This document shows positions 27,306-37,402 of a DNA stretch of 64,000 nt, in pieces. The position numbers and the translations under genes are program-made. The stretch is from Myxococcales bacterium (GTDB lineage Bacteria; Myxococcota_A; Polyangia; Polyangiales; DASUME01): positions 832,001 through 896,000 of the forward strand of contig JASGJH010000001.1 in NCBI GenBank assembly GCA_047601445.1, in the 5' to 3' direction. Below the pieces are notes generated by a model. The model ran no database searches. It was not told the origin of the DNA and saw only the letters and a program-made list of their open reading frames with translations. How positions within the stretch are numbered: position 1 is the stretch's first letter; every line of letters begins with the position of its first letter.

Positions 27306-28910
27306 CTACAGCGCCAACCCCACTCGGAACGAGTACTCATCCAACACGTGAGACCCCTTGGCGGTGCCCGCCTTCACGCCTGGGGACACGGCCTGGTTGT
27401 CGTCCGGTCCGCCCGGGAACTGATATAGCGAGTACTCCGCGGTCAGACGGATGTGCTTGGTGGCCCAGTAGTTGATGCCCGCCTGGAAGGCGTTGACGAA
27501 GATGTTCGTGGTCAGGGCCGAGAGGCCGCTCGGCGTGAGCCCGCTGTGCGAGTTGCCGTCGTAGTGCACGCGCACGAGCTCGCCGCGCAACACGAGCTGG
27601 AGCGCGAAAGGAGCCTCGAGGCCCAGGGTGTCGGGGACCTTGACGAAGCCGTAGGGCGTGGCCGGGTTGCCGTTGATGCGAGGCGTGCCCCAGATCCACC
27701 AGGAGAACTGACCGTAGCCGCTCCAACCCCACAGGTTGCCGCTGCGTATGCCATTGATCCTGTTGGTGTCGGTGACCTCGCGCCGGTCCTCGTTGACGTA
27801 GATGACCTCCGAGCGCAGGTCGAAGCGCTCGAAGGGGAGATAGAATTCGAAGCCAGCCGCGGCCTGCGTGGCGGTGGGCGTGACGTGGATCTTCTCCCCG
27901 TTGGCGGCCGTGTAGTTCGGCGACCAGAACGCGTAGCCGCCCGGTGTACTCAAGGTGGGAGCATCGTACTGCACGAACTTGGAGTCGCGCGAGCCGTAGC
28001 GGCCACCGATGCCCAGGTGGAAGCGCTCGAGCGCGCCGTGGACCACGCCCATGAGCGGCCGATAGACGATGCGACCCATGCCATCCACGCGGTTGTCCAC
28101 GTTGGGACGGTTCATGCCATCGCCGCCGAAGACCCCGATTTGGAACTCGACGGTTTCCTTGGGCGTCTTTCCCCAGGCGGTGAGTCCGTCGGCCTTGTTG
28201 TAGGGTGTGGCCAGGGTGCGAATGCACAGGGCGCGCTCCATCATGTCGAGCCAGCGCGAGCTCGTCACGTTCTCCATCGTGAACGGCGCGTTGTACTGCC
28301 CGAAGAAGACCTTGAGCTCTGGGATCACCTTGTAGCCGACGAAGCCGTCGTAGACATTGGCCGAGCTGAGCGGCGCCTGGTTCTGGTCGACCTGCGTGGG
28401 CGCGAAGTTGCCGCCCATCCAGTAAAACCACTTCTTCCGGATCAGGCCGCCGAACTCGATGATGAAGCGCCGGAAAAACAGGTTGAGCTTGAGGCCAGTC
28501 CCGTTGGATCGGTGATAGTCGGAGACGCCCGGGCCGGAGAAGGCGTAGGTGTCGATGTGCATGCGCCCGGAGGGCACGAACACGATGTTGTCGTTGACCG
28601 AGCGCAGGTAGAACGTGCCGTCCGAGTAATCGAGCCGCGCATGGGGCGGCTCTGCCGGCGGTGCGGGCGGTGCGAGTGGAGGTGGCGGCGCAACGGGAGG
28701 CGGCTCCGCGAGAGGACCCGGCGACGTGGCAGGAGGTGGCGGCGCGTCAGGAACCGGCGCCTCGAGAATCGGCGCCTCTGGAGCCGGTACGACGAGCTGG
28801 ACGTTGGCAGGTTGGGCCGAGGCGTGTCGCGCTGCGAACCCGCTGCCGAGAAACAAGAGGACGGACAGCGCGCCACGGCACGCGGCCCACGATGCACGAC
28901 GATGATGCAC
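27306..28910 (-). CDS. OprO/OprP-family (phosphate-selective) porin
   Basis: Signal peptide (ARHASA), Pro-rich linker, GRMHID, FFRR, GQYNAPFTME..TSSRWLDMMERA, GINYWAT, terminal RVGLAL. Start approximate (GTG 28910). Confidence 0.85.
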   Translation of the reverse strand: MHHRRASWAACRGALSVLLFLGSGFAARHASAQPANVQLVVPAPEAPILEAPVPDAPPPPATSPGPLAEPPPVAPPPPLAPPAPPAEPPHARLDYSDGTFYLRSVNDNIVFVPSGRMHIDTYAFSGPGVSDYHRSNGTGLKLNLFFRRFIIEFGGLIRKKWFYWMGGNFAPTQVDQNQAPLSSANVYDGFVGYKVIPELKVFFGQYNAPFTMENVTSSRWLDMMERALCIRTLATPYNKADGLTAWGKTPKETVEFQIGVFGGDGMNRPNVDNRVDGMGRIVYRPLMGVVHGALERFHLGIGGRYGSRDSKFVQYDAPTLSTPGGYAFWSPNYTAANGEKIHVTPTATQAAAGFEFYLPFERFDLRSEVIYVNEDRREVTDTNRINGIRSGNLWGWSGYGQFSWWIWGTPRINGNPATPYGFVKVPDTLGLEAPFALQLVLRGELVRVHYDGNSHSGLTPSGLSALTTNIFVNAFQAGINYWATKHIRLTAEYSLYQFPGGPDDNQAVSPGVKAGTAKGSHVLDEYSFRVGLAL

Positions 28911-29115
28911 GTTGGCTCTCCCCCGAGGGCCGTCACGTTGCGTGACGCGTCTCGATATTAACTGGCTTGAGCCACGAGCGTGACGCTCGCTACGCGCAAA
29001 AGTGAGATTTGAGTGACGCGCTCGCGCCGAAGGAGCCCCGCAAAAATGGCCAAATTCCAAAGAGGGGACGCATTCGATCGTCGCCATGTCCCGTGCGCGG
29101 TACGCCGACGCTCGA

Positions 29116-29952
29116 TCAATGATGCGGATGCAGACGGCGTCCCTGGTGCATCGCCAAGAGCACCAGGAAGGCTGCCACGGCGCGCGCCAACACGTAGGCG
29201 GCGAGCAGCGCGGTGAGCGCTCCGTGGACACCGCGTCCCGCGGTCAGCACCGCGATGGCGAGCGCGGGATTGCCCAGGATGGCCTCATTGGCGAGCGCCT
29301 CCTGGGCTTCGGGGTCCTGGCCTCCCGCCCAGCGTCCCAGCAGCGCCGCCGCCACGGCCACCAGCAGGACTGCGAGCGCTTCCCAGGTCGCGATGTGGGA
29401 CCACAGGAGAGAGCCTCCCTTGGCGAGCACCGCCACCAGCGCCACGCCGAACGCCACGTAAAACAGGATCCATGCGACCCGGGCGAGCCTCACCGAGAGG
29501 GTGGGTTTCAGTGCCGCCAAGCTCAGACCGAGCAGGAGGGGGACGAGCTGCTTGAGCCAGGTGATCTGGAGCAGCGTGGAGGAGCGCACCTCGAAGTCGA
29601 AGCCGAGGAAGGAACGAATGATCCGCAACCAAAAGGGGACACTCAGTGGGATCAGCGCGGCCACGAGCAACAGGCTCACCAGCACGACCGGGTTGGCCCC
29701 GCGCTTGCGCAGGATCATGGCGGCGCCCGGGCAGACGGCCGTCAGCGCGATGACCTCGGCCGACGGCACGTGCAGCGGCAGCAGCTTCACCAGTAGCAGG
29801 GTCACCAGGGGAACGCCGAGCAGGAGTACGAGCAGGGTGCGCGCGAGCACCAGGCGGTCCTCCCAGGCTGCCCTGAGCACGCTCGGAGGCGTGCTCAGGC
29901 CGACCGCGAGGACCAGCAGCGTCATGGCATTCTGGACCAGGAACCTGAGCAT
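29116..29952 (-). CDS. Bile acid:Na+ symporter (BASS)-like membrane protein
   Basis: About 9 TM helices; AVCPGA, QLVPLLLG, GNPALAIAV motifs. Confidence 0.7.
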   Translation of the reverse strand: MLRFLVQNAMTLLVLAVGLSTPPSVLRAAWEDRLVLARTLLVLLLGVPLVTLLLVKLLPLHVPSAEVIALTAVCPGAAMILRKRGANPVVLVSLLLVAALIPLSVPFWLRIIRSFLGFDFEVRSSTLLQITWLKQLVPLLLGLSLAALKPTLSVRLARVAWILFYVAFGVALVAVLAKGGSLLWSHIATWEALAVLLVAVAAALLGRWAGGQDPEAQEALANEAILGNPALAIAVLTAGRGVHGALTALLAAYVLARAVAAFLVLLAMHQGRRLHPHH

Positions 29953-30091
29953 GGACGACAGCACGTGTTCCACTCCGGGCGGTTGTGCGCCCGCTGTCGC
30001 CCGCGCTGCGCGAAGCCAGCGGTCGCTCTCACAACCCTTCCACATGGGATGCGAGAATCAACGCCCAGAGCGCGCTGCTGCTTGTGGCTGC

Positions 30092-30724
30092 TCAACGTCC
30101 GGAAGCGACGAGTGAGCCCTCGAGCGCAGCGAGCAGCTCGGGCACGCCGCGCAGGGCTGTGTTGAGTGCGCCTTCGAGCGCCAGCTGCTCGCTCTCGGTG
30201 CTGGTGGGACCGGGCGCGGTGGCTTTGCCACCGAGGCTCGCCACGATGTCTTCGGTACGCAAATCCACCACGGTGACGTTGACCGCGAAGTGGGTGCCGA
30301 GCTCGTCCACGTGGTGCAGCGTCACGCCGCACTCCAGAAACACGCTGGGCAGGTTGCGACGCGTGCCCTCGGCGAGCAGGGTCGGACGGTCGAAGTGCGG
30401 CGGCGCGAGCTCGAGATCCGCGATGGACTGCAGGGCCTGGGCTGCGTGAGAGCGGGCGTGTTCGAGGTGCTCGGGCCGCACCGAGTCGTCATGGGCCACA
30501 GGCAATGCGAGCGCCACGATGTAGCGGGCGCGCGGGTTCTCCACGGTGGTCCAGGGCTCGCTGCTGGTGCTGACGGGGCTGCTCGGGGCGGCTGCCTGGG
30601 TCGGCGCCGGCGCGCTGGCCGTCACCGCGCTTTCAGGCTGAGGATGAGCAGCAGCTCCGGTGCCGCAACCGAGGGCGGTTAGGAGCACGAACGGCAGCGA
30701 ACGTTGGCAGACATGGGCGCGCAT
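30092..30724 (-). CDS. Hypothetical lipoprotein
   Basis: AGAGG RBS before ATG 30724; lipobox ALGC; Pro/Ala/Ser-rich linker, then a globular domain. Confidence 0.6.
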   Translation of the reverse strand: MRAHVCQRSLPFVLLTALGCGTGAAAHPQPESAVTASAPAPTQAAAPSSPVSTSSEPWTTVENPRARYIVALALPVAHDDSVRPEHLEHARSHAAQALQSIADLELAPPHFDRPTLLAEGTRRNLPSVFLECGVTLHHVDELGTHFAVNVTVVDLRTEDIVASLGGKATAPGPTSTESEQLALEGALNTALRGVPELLAALEGSLVASGR

Positions 30725-30759
30725 GGAGACCTCTTTCGAGGCCCTAACGGTAACAGTGT

Positions 30760-31450
30760 TCACCGGGTCTTCGCGCGTCGGCCCGCGCTGCGGCGCGTCG
30801 TTTGCTGATACCGAGACGCGCGTGTAAATGCGGGTGGGGCGCCAGCGTACTCGTCCGCACGGGGGCTTTCCAGGAGCGCGAGCGCCTGGGCTTTGGCCGT
30901 CGCGCGTAGCTCGTCCCTCAGCGTGGCGTCGGTGGTCGTGCGGGCGAGCACCATGCAGCCGACGCACAGGCTGAGCACGAGCTGGGCCTTGCGGGTGGCC
31001 TCGGTGTCATCGTGGGCGAAGGCGCCGCGATAGAATCTTGAGCATCCCCGAGACCAGCTGGGTATAGGCGTCGCGGGGCCGCTTTCCGGCGCGCGCCACG
31101 TCGGAGGGCAGGGCCACCAGCGGGCAATGCTGATCGGGATCATCGAGCACCTCGTCGCTGAGATAGAGCTCCACCAGAAGCTTGGCCAGCTCGGGCGCGG
31201 AGAGCGGCGCACCCTCATGGTCCGCGACGCGGCGTGAGAACGGACTGCACGTGGTGAAGCTACGCACGGCCTCTGCGTAGAGCGCGTCCTTGCTCTCGAA
31301 GTGATGGTAGAAGCCGCCGCGGGTGAGCCCGGCGTGCTCCATGATGTCATCGATGGAGACCTGGTCGAAGCCGTGCCGATTGAACATCACCCGCGCGCTC
31401 TCGATGATGCGGGCGCGGGTCTTGGCTTTGTGGTCCGCAGGGTAGGGCAC
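30760..31450 (-). pseudogene. TetR/AcrR-family regulator, frameshifted at about 31035 (probably a sequencing artefact)
   Basis: HTH (SIDDIMEHAGLTRGGFYHHFESKDALY) lies in the 31007..31552 frame; the C-terminal VLSLCVGCMVLAR lies in the 30760..31350 frame. Removing one A from GAATC (31033-31037) joins them (MLKIYRG). Confidence 0.85.
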
Positions 31451-31474
31451 GCGTGAATCCTCCGACGCTCGCTC

Positions 31475-31510
31475 GAATCTGTCAGATTCTAGAATATGTT
31501 CTTGAACATA
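31475..31510. promoter_or_regulatory. Putative TetR operator(s) in the tetR/gst divergent promoter
   Basis: Overlapping palindromes gaatctg-t-cagattc (31475-31489), attctagaat (31486-31495) and tatgttc-tt-gaacata (31495-31510) in an AT-rich patch. Confidence 0.65.
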
Positions 31511-31550
31511 ATATGCTCGGAGGCACCCTGTGTGGCGAGGAGACATCGCC

Positions 31551-32180
31551 ATGCAGCTCTACTATTTCGAGACCATGAACCCCCGGAAGGCATGCTTCGT
31601 CGCCAAGCATCTGAGCCTCCCCATCGACTACGTGCGGGTGGACTTCACCAAGGGCGAGCAACGGCGCCCCGAGTACCTGGCCCTCAACCCCAACGGGAGG
31701 GCCCCCACGCTCGTCGACGGTGAGCGCACGCTCTGGGAGAGCGTCGCCATCATGGCGCACCTGGCGCGCAAGGCCGAGAGCGAGCTGTGGCCGCTCCATG
31801 ACGCCGACTCCCTCACCGAGGTGCTGCGCTGGATCTCCTGGGACGCCTTCCACTTCGCACCGCACGCGGGCACCTTCTACTTCGAGCTCTACATCAAGCC
31901 CTTGCTCGGGCTGGGCAATCCGAGCCGCGACAAGCTGGAGGAGCGCGAGCCCTTGCTGCGGCGGAGCGCGCGGGTACTCGACGGGCATCTCGAGGGCCGC
32001 AAGTATCTGGTCGGGGAGCGCCTGAGTTTGGCGGACGTCTGTGTCGCGGTGCTGTTGCCGATGGCGGAAGAAATCCAGCTCCCGCTCGTCGAATTCGGGA
32101 ATATTCGGCGTTGGCACGCTGGGCTCATGGAGTTGCCTGCCTGGCGCAATCCCTGGCCCGTGAGTGCGCCAACTGCGTGA
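31551..32180 (+). CDS. Glutathione S-transferase family protein
   Basis: GAGGAG RBS; YLALNPNGRAPTLVDG..LWESVAI; YLVGERLSLAD. Confidence 0.93.
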   Translation: MQLYYFETMNPRKACFVAKHLSLPIDYVRVDFTKGEQRRPEYLALNPNGRAPTLVDGERTLWESVAIMAHLARKAESELWPLHDADSLTEVLRWISWDAFHFAPHAGTFYFELYIKPLLGLGNPSRDKLEEREPLLRRSARVLDGHLEGRKYLVGERLSLADVCVAVLLPMAEEIQLPLVEFGNIRRWHAGLMELPAWRNPWPVSAPTA

Positions 32181-32319
32181 GCTGCGTGAGTGCCCGGAGC
32201 GGCGACGAGTGTTCAATGGGATGGCGCGGATCACACCAATCCAGGAAAAATCGGCCCATTCGAGGCGCGACGTGAACGGGGCTCGCATGGGCGGGCACTG
32301 AGGCCCAACAGGAGGCCTC

Positions 32320-33015
32320 ATGTCGATACGGGTTCTTGGTCTGCTTGGTGTCATGGCGTGGCTCGCGGTCGCTTCGGGGGGCTGCACCATCACGAATTGC
32401 GACGAGGGCGCGATCTGCCTCGGAGACGACGACGTGCGCGCGCGCTGCCGCGCCACGTGCGAGCGGCTCGAGGACTGCGGTGAGCTCGACGCCTACCAGC
32501 GTGCGGGCTGCATCGACGCTTGCGACGATCAGGGCGACGACTCGCGCAGCGAGGACTTCGGTGAGTGCGTGGACGAGACCTCCTGCGGCCGGCTCGTGCG
32601 CGTGTGCGGTCAGCCGCCGTTCGCGATCCCCGTGCCAGGTCATGGCGATGGAGACGGAGATGGAGACGCGCCGATCTTTGAGTGCGACGCCGGGTCGCCG
32701 GAGCCCCATGACAGCGGAACGCCTCCCCCCGTGAGCGATGCCGGCAAGGAGCCTTCCCATGACGCGGGTAGCGACCCGCATCCCGACGCGGGTAGCGGAG
32801 CCTGCCAACTCGATGGGGACTGTGCCGACAGCGAGGGCTGTCGCGACGGTGCCTGTCACGCCAAGTGCGTCGCCTCGTGCCAGTGTCGCCTGGGCGATGT
32901 GTGCGAGGAAGGACTGTGCGTGAGCCCCCCGCCCGTGACGATGAGCTGTGAGACCGACTGCGATTGTCCATCGGGCGATCAATGCACGAACAAGGTATGC
33001 GTGAAGAGCGAGTAA
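32320..33015 (+). CDS. Cys-rich lipoprotein
   Basis: AGGAGG RBS; lipobox SGGC; many Cys (CQLDGDC, CETDCDCPSGDQC); GDGD and HDAGS linkers. Confidence 0.8.
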   Translation: MSIRVLGLLGVMAWLAVASGGCTITNCDEGAICLGDDDVRARCRATCERLEDCGELDAYQRAGCIDACDDQGDDSRSEDFGECVDETSCGRLVRVCGQPPFAIPVPGHGDGDGDGDAPIFECDAGSPEPHDSGTPPPVSDAGKEPSHDAGSDPHPDAGSGACQLDGDCADSEGCRDGACHAKCVASCQCRLGDVCEEGLCVSPPPVTMSCETDCDCPSGDQCTNKVCVKSE

Positions 33016-33296
33016 AGCCTCGGGCAACCGGCGGGGAACGCAGGGCGAAATTCCATGAATGCACGATCTGTCCGTGCTCATGAAACCTCGAAGAGCTCGA
33101 CGGATCCCGCGCGAGCCTCGCCGTGATGCGTGCGCGAGATCACGCGGGCTCTAGCAATCGCCCTAAATTCCCGGTTATTCATTCAATCTTCACCCCTGTT
33201 CCGTCGGCACACTGTCCTACCAAAAGCACGCGTGGGTCCGCGCTCGGGCGAAACTGGGTATCGGATCGGCACCTGGCTGGGCATACTCGCCCGGTT

Positions 33297-34964
33297 GTGC
33301 CAGCGCGCCTCTCACACATGCTGGTCGCCTCGTGCCTGGCGGGCTGCGTGGGCGCACTGGGAGAGCCTTCGGGTCCTCTCAACGGTTCCGCGCGTCCGGG
33401 CGATATCGGCGACAGCGCGGACGCCCCGCTGTCCGCGTGCACCAATCAGCCGAGTGCGGCCGCTGCGCCGCTGAGGCGCCTGACGCGCAAGGAGTACACC
33501 CGCGCGGTGCGCGATGTGTTCGGGGTCACCACCAGCGCGGCCGATGCCTTTGCGGCGGACGAGCGCGTAGGGGGGACGTTCGCCAGCAATGCGGACGCCA
33601 ACGTGGCCACCATCCAGCTACGCCAGTACATGGAGGCGGCGGAGGCCATCAGCACCCAGGTCGACGTGGGCGCCCTCATGGCGTGTCCTGCCGCGAGCGC
33701 CGATGAGCTGGCTTGCGTGACTCACTTCCTCGATTCGGTGGGCCGACGTGCGTACCGCCGGCCACTCGCGGACGACGAGCGTGAGCGCCTGCTCTCGCTG
33801 TTCACCAGCTTGCGCACGAACGACGATTTCGAGAGCAGCATGCGGGTGCTGGTGCAGACGCTGCTCCAATCGCCCCACTTCCTCTACCACCTCGAGCTCG
33901 ACAATTCGGCGGCTCCCCGCCCCATCAACGGGCTCGCGAGCCTGCCGGCCTTCGCGCGCGCATCTCGCATGGCCTTCCTGCTGTGGGCGAGCGTGCCGGA
34001 CGACGCGCTCCTCGACGCGGCTGGACGCGGCGAGCTCGACGCGACGGATGGCGTGCGCGCCCAGGCCCAGCGCATGCTGGACGACCCTCGCGCCAGGGAC
34101 GCTCTCGGAGAGTTTCACGCGGAGTGGCTGGGGCTCGAGCGCCTCGAAGGGGCCACGCGTGACCCGGCCATCTATCCCGAGTGGAACGCTGACTTGGCGA
34201 ACGCGCTGCGCGCCGACGTCGAGCGCTATGCGGACGAGCTGGTGCGTGGACGCCAGGCGAGTTTTCGCGAGTTGATCTCGACGTCGCTCTCTTTCGCACA
34301 AGGGGCGAGCCTGGCCTTGTTCGGAGCCGGCGAGGCGACTCCACAGGCGGATGGAGCGCTCTCTTTGGATCCGGCCCGCCGCGCTGGGCTGCTCACCCAA
34401 CCGGGCTTTTTGGCCGCCCACTCCCACATGAACCAGAGCGCACCCGTGCAGCGCGGGCGCGCCATTCGGGAGCGACTCTTTTGCCAGCCTCTGCCGGATC
34501 CCCCTCCGAACGTGGCCGCCAATCCCCCACCTCTCGACGCGATGCTCACCACCCGCGAGCGCTTCGCGCTGCACCAGACTTCCGGCTCTGCCTGCGCCAA
34601 TTGCCACCAGTTGATCGACGGCATCGGCTTCTCGCTCGAGCACTACGATGCACTCGGGCGCTTCCGCGCCAACGAAAACGGCAAGCCCATCGACGCGCAC
34701 TTTTCGCTCACCTCCACGGACGTGGATGGGGACTACGACGGCGCCCTCGCACTCTCGGAGCAGGTCGCCCAGAGCGCCCAGGCACGCAGCTGCTATGCGA
34801 CGCAGTGGTTTCGCTTCGGGTTTGGTCGTGTCGAGCAGAAAGCCGATGCCTGCAGCGTTCAGCGAGCGAGCGAGGCGCTCCAGGACGACGGCGCCATTCG
34901 CGACATGTTGCTGAGCATGGTGGTGAGCGATTCGTTCTTGTACCAGGTCGTGGAGGAACCATGA
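33297..34964 (+). CDS. DUF1592-domain protein (DUF1595/1592/1588/1585 architecture) with c-type heme motif
   Basis: LRRLTRKEY, RRAYRRP, LLQSPHFLY, LWASVPD, RAGLLTQ, PVQRG, CANCH, GFSLEHYD. Lipobox LAGC. Start approximate. Confidence 0.9.
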   Translation: MPARLSHMLVASCLAGCVGALGEPSGPLNGSARPGDIGDSADAPLSACTNQPSAAAAPLRRLTRKEYTRAVRDVFGVTTSAADAFAADERVGGTFASNADANVATIQLRQYMEAAEAISTQVDVGALMACPAASADELACVTHFLDSVGRRAYRRPLADDERERLLSLFTSLRTNDDFESSMRVLVQTLLQSPHFLYHLELDNSAAPRPINGLASLPAFARASRMAFLLWASVPDDALLDAAGRGELDATDGVRAQAQRMLDDPRARDALGEFHAEWLGLERLEGATRDPAIYPEWNADLANALRADVERYADELVRGRQASFRELISTSLSFAQGASLALFGAGEATPQADGALSLDPARRAGLLTQPGFLAAHSHMNQSAPVQRGRAIRERLFCQPLPDPPPNVAANPPPLDAMLTTRERFALHQTSGSACANCHQLIDGIGFSLEHYDALGRFRANENGKPIDAHFSLTSTDVDGDYDGALALSEQVAQSAQARSCYATQWFRFGFGRVEQKADACSVQRASEALQDDGAIRDMLLSMVVSDSFLYQVVEEP

Positions 34965-36325
34965 GCGGGAAGTCCCGCAGCCAAGGCGCTTCTCCGCGCG
35001 GCGGTATGCTCTCTCGGCGTCAGCTTCTGGGCGCCCTCGGCGCGAGCGCGTTCGCTGCCCCTTGGTTGCCCTTGCTCAACGTGAGCGGCCAAGAAGAGGC
35101 GCCGCGTCGGCTCGTGCTGTTCTTCACGCCGCACGGCACGGTGTGGGATCAGTTTCGACCCACCGGCACCGAGACGGACTTCAAGCTTTCGCGCATCCTG
35201 CAGCCGCTGGCAGCGCACCAACGGAAGATCGTGGTCCTCGATGGACTTGGCGTGCGCGATGACGGCCCCGGAGCGCCTCACACCAAGGGCCCGGCCTTGC
35301 TCTACACGGCCTCGCCGCTGCTCGACGACGGCGCCTTCGTGCGCGAGGACTGCTCGGGAGGGTGCACGTTCGGCTGGAACAGCGCGGCCTCCATGGACCA
35401 GATCCTCGCGAAGGGCATGGAGGGGATCACACCCTACAAGTCCCTCGAGTTCGGCGTGCGCTCGGGAGGAGGCTTTCCGGGCGCTCATATCTCCTACGCT
35501 GGACCCAAGACCCCGATGCCGCCGCGGCAGGATCCCGTGGCAGCCTTCAACGAGCTGTTTGCCAACCTCAACTTGCCGGAGGGCGAGGCTGCGCGCTTGC
35601 GCCGCCGCCGCGAGGCCATGATGAAGGTGGTGGGGGCAGAGCTCAGCGCCATCGAAGCGCGCGTGCCAAGCGCCGACCGACTCAAGGTGCAAGCCCATCG
35701 CTCGGCACTGTCGGATCTGCAGACCCAGCTCTTCCGCCCGGTTCCCGCGTGTACGCTCCCGGCCAAGCCCAACGTGGCCGACCGGCCCAGCGACGCCGCA
35801 GACTCGGTCCCGTGGATCCTGGACCGTCAGACCGAACTGCTGGTGGCGGCCCTGCGCTGTGATCTCACGCGCATCGCGTCGCTGCAGCTGCGTGTGGGCG
35901 AGAACGACGGCTATCCCTATCGCTTCGTGGGCGTCGACGTGGAGCACCACGGGATCAGCCACGAGACCACGGTGGAGTCCCTCGAGAAGCTCGCCACCAT
36001 CTACACCTGGTATGCGGATCGGTTTGCGCACCTGCTCGACCTGCTCGACAGCGTGCCCGAGGGCGACGGCACCATGCTCGACAACACGCTGGTGATCTGG
36101 GGCAGTGAGATCGGCACGGGCTATACCCACGATTTCGGGAACGTACCCTTCGTGGTGGCTGGCGGTGGGGCTCACGGCGTGCAGACCGGGCGCTACCTCA
36201 AGGTCCCGAAGGGCACGTACCACAACCGCCTGCTCGTTAGCGCCATGCGCTTCATGGGCAGCAACGTGGACACGTTCGGCACCACCGACCAGGAGCGAGG
36301 GTCCCTGCCCGGGCTGGGCGTCTGA
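34961..36325 (+). CDS. DUF1552-domain protein, Tat-exported
   Basis: SRRQLL Tat motif; RLVLFFTPHG, SMDQ, ALRCDLTR, EHHGISH, EGDGTMLDNT. ATGA overlap with the DUF1592 gene. Confidence 0.92.
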   Translation: MSGKSRSQGASPRGGMLSRRQLLGALGASAFAAPWLPLLNVSGQEEAPRRLVLFFTPHGTVWDQFRPTGTETDFKLSRILQPLAAHQRKIVVLDGLGVRDDGPGAPHTKGPALLYTASPLLDDGAFVREDCSGGCTFGWNSAASMDQILAKGMEGITPYKSLEFGVRSGGGFPGAHISYAGPKTPMPPRQDPVAAFNELFANLNLPEGEAARLRRRREAMMKVVGAELSAIEARVPSADRLKVQAHRSALSDLQTQLFRPVPACTLPAKPNVADRPSDAADSVPWILDRQTELLVAALRCDLTRIASLQLRVGENDGYPYRFVGVDVEHHGISHETTVESLEKLATIYTWYADRFAHLLDLLDSVPEGDGTMLDNTLVIWGSEIGTGYTHDFGNVPFVVAGGGAHGVQTGRYLKVPKGTYHNRLLVSAMRFMGSNVDTFGTTDQERGSLPGLGV

Positions 36326-36328
36326 CGG

Positions 36329-37307
36329 TCACAGCACGGCGTGCAGACGGGTCCGGCGCGCGCACCACACGGTGAACAGGGTCGCGCCGAAGCCGAACCC
36401 GATGCGTGCCCAGGCTGACCCGCCGAGGCCGACTGCGAACAGCGCGGGCTCCACCAGGCACTGAAAGAGCAGCGGGTGCAGCACGTAGCCACCCAACATC
36501 AGCGGCGCGAGCCGCGTCGTCACGGGATTCTGCTTGATTGGGCAGCTGAGCCGCCAGCGCGAGCAGCGCAAGGGCCACCGCATAGCGTCGCGCACAGGGT
36601 GCAAGCGGGGAGAGCAGCAGGCCCATGAGCGCGATCAGGCAGGCGAGCCCCCAAAGCCATGTCGCCGCGCTCGAGCCGCGTCCTTCCCGCGAGAGCAATC
36701 GCCCCGTGGCGAAGCCGAAGCACACGGCCGGCACACTGAAGCTCCATTGTTCATAGGGCCAGCCGTGCGGCGCGTACGGACACCACGCGAGCGCGAGCAA
36801 ACCCAGCGCGAACGCGGCGGCGGCTATCCACCAGGGTTCCAGGTCCCAGGTCGCGCGTTGCGCGAAGTGGGCCAGTACCCCCGCGAATGCGGCCACCGGC
36901 AAGAACCACAGGTGAATTTGCGGGCCATAGAGCCACATCTCTTGGCGAAACCAGCCGAGCGCAGGCGCGCCTTTTGCCATCGCGAGCGCGCTCGACACCA
37001 GCGCGATCACAGCGGACCAGAACAGCCAGGGCACGATCACGCGTCGGAGCCGCTTATCGATCACCGCCCAGGTGTCGGCCGCTTCCCGCCGCTGCACCCC
37101 GAAGGCCACGGCCAGCAACATGAAGAGCGGCGTACCCGCGCCCCAGAACAGGTGCTCGCCCGCGAGATGAGAGCCCACGATGTCGAGGCTTGCGATCACG
37201 CGCAGGCGGTCCCAGTTGTGCTGATACGTCGGGCCCTGAGTCTGGGCTTGCTCGAACGTGCTCTGGGCGTGAACAAGGAGGGCGGCGTCCTGCGGCGTGA
37301 CGTGCAC
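36329..37307 (-). pseudogene. Acyltransferase-3 family membrane protein, frameshifted at about 36528 (probably a sequencing artefact)
   Basis: DRLRVIA...H, KRLRRVIVPWLFWS, HLWFLP. The C-terminal LGGYVLHPL lies in the 36329..36604 frame; removing one T from GATTC (36526-36530) joins them (QADPVTTR). Confidence 0.8.
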
Positions 37308-37402
37308 CCGCCCTCACTACCGTCCTCGAGCAACGAGCGCGTGGCCTCCCAGCGAAGCCCCGGCAACGGCTCGTTGACGAGCGCGGTCCTAGCCGGGCGG
37401 GG

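Noticed and set aside
28911..29231. N-terminal extension of the porin ORF
   Set aside because: It overlaps the symporter gene and an AT-richer promoter-like region; the signal peptide begins near 28910.
34481..34960. N-terminal extension of the DUF1552 ORF
   Set aside because: It overlaps the DUF1592 gene. ATG 34961 has a GGAGG RBS and is followed by the Tat signal.
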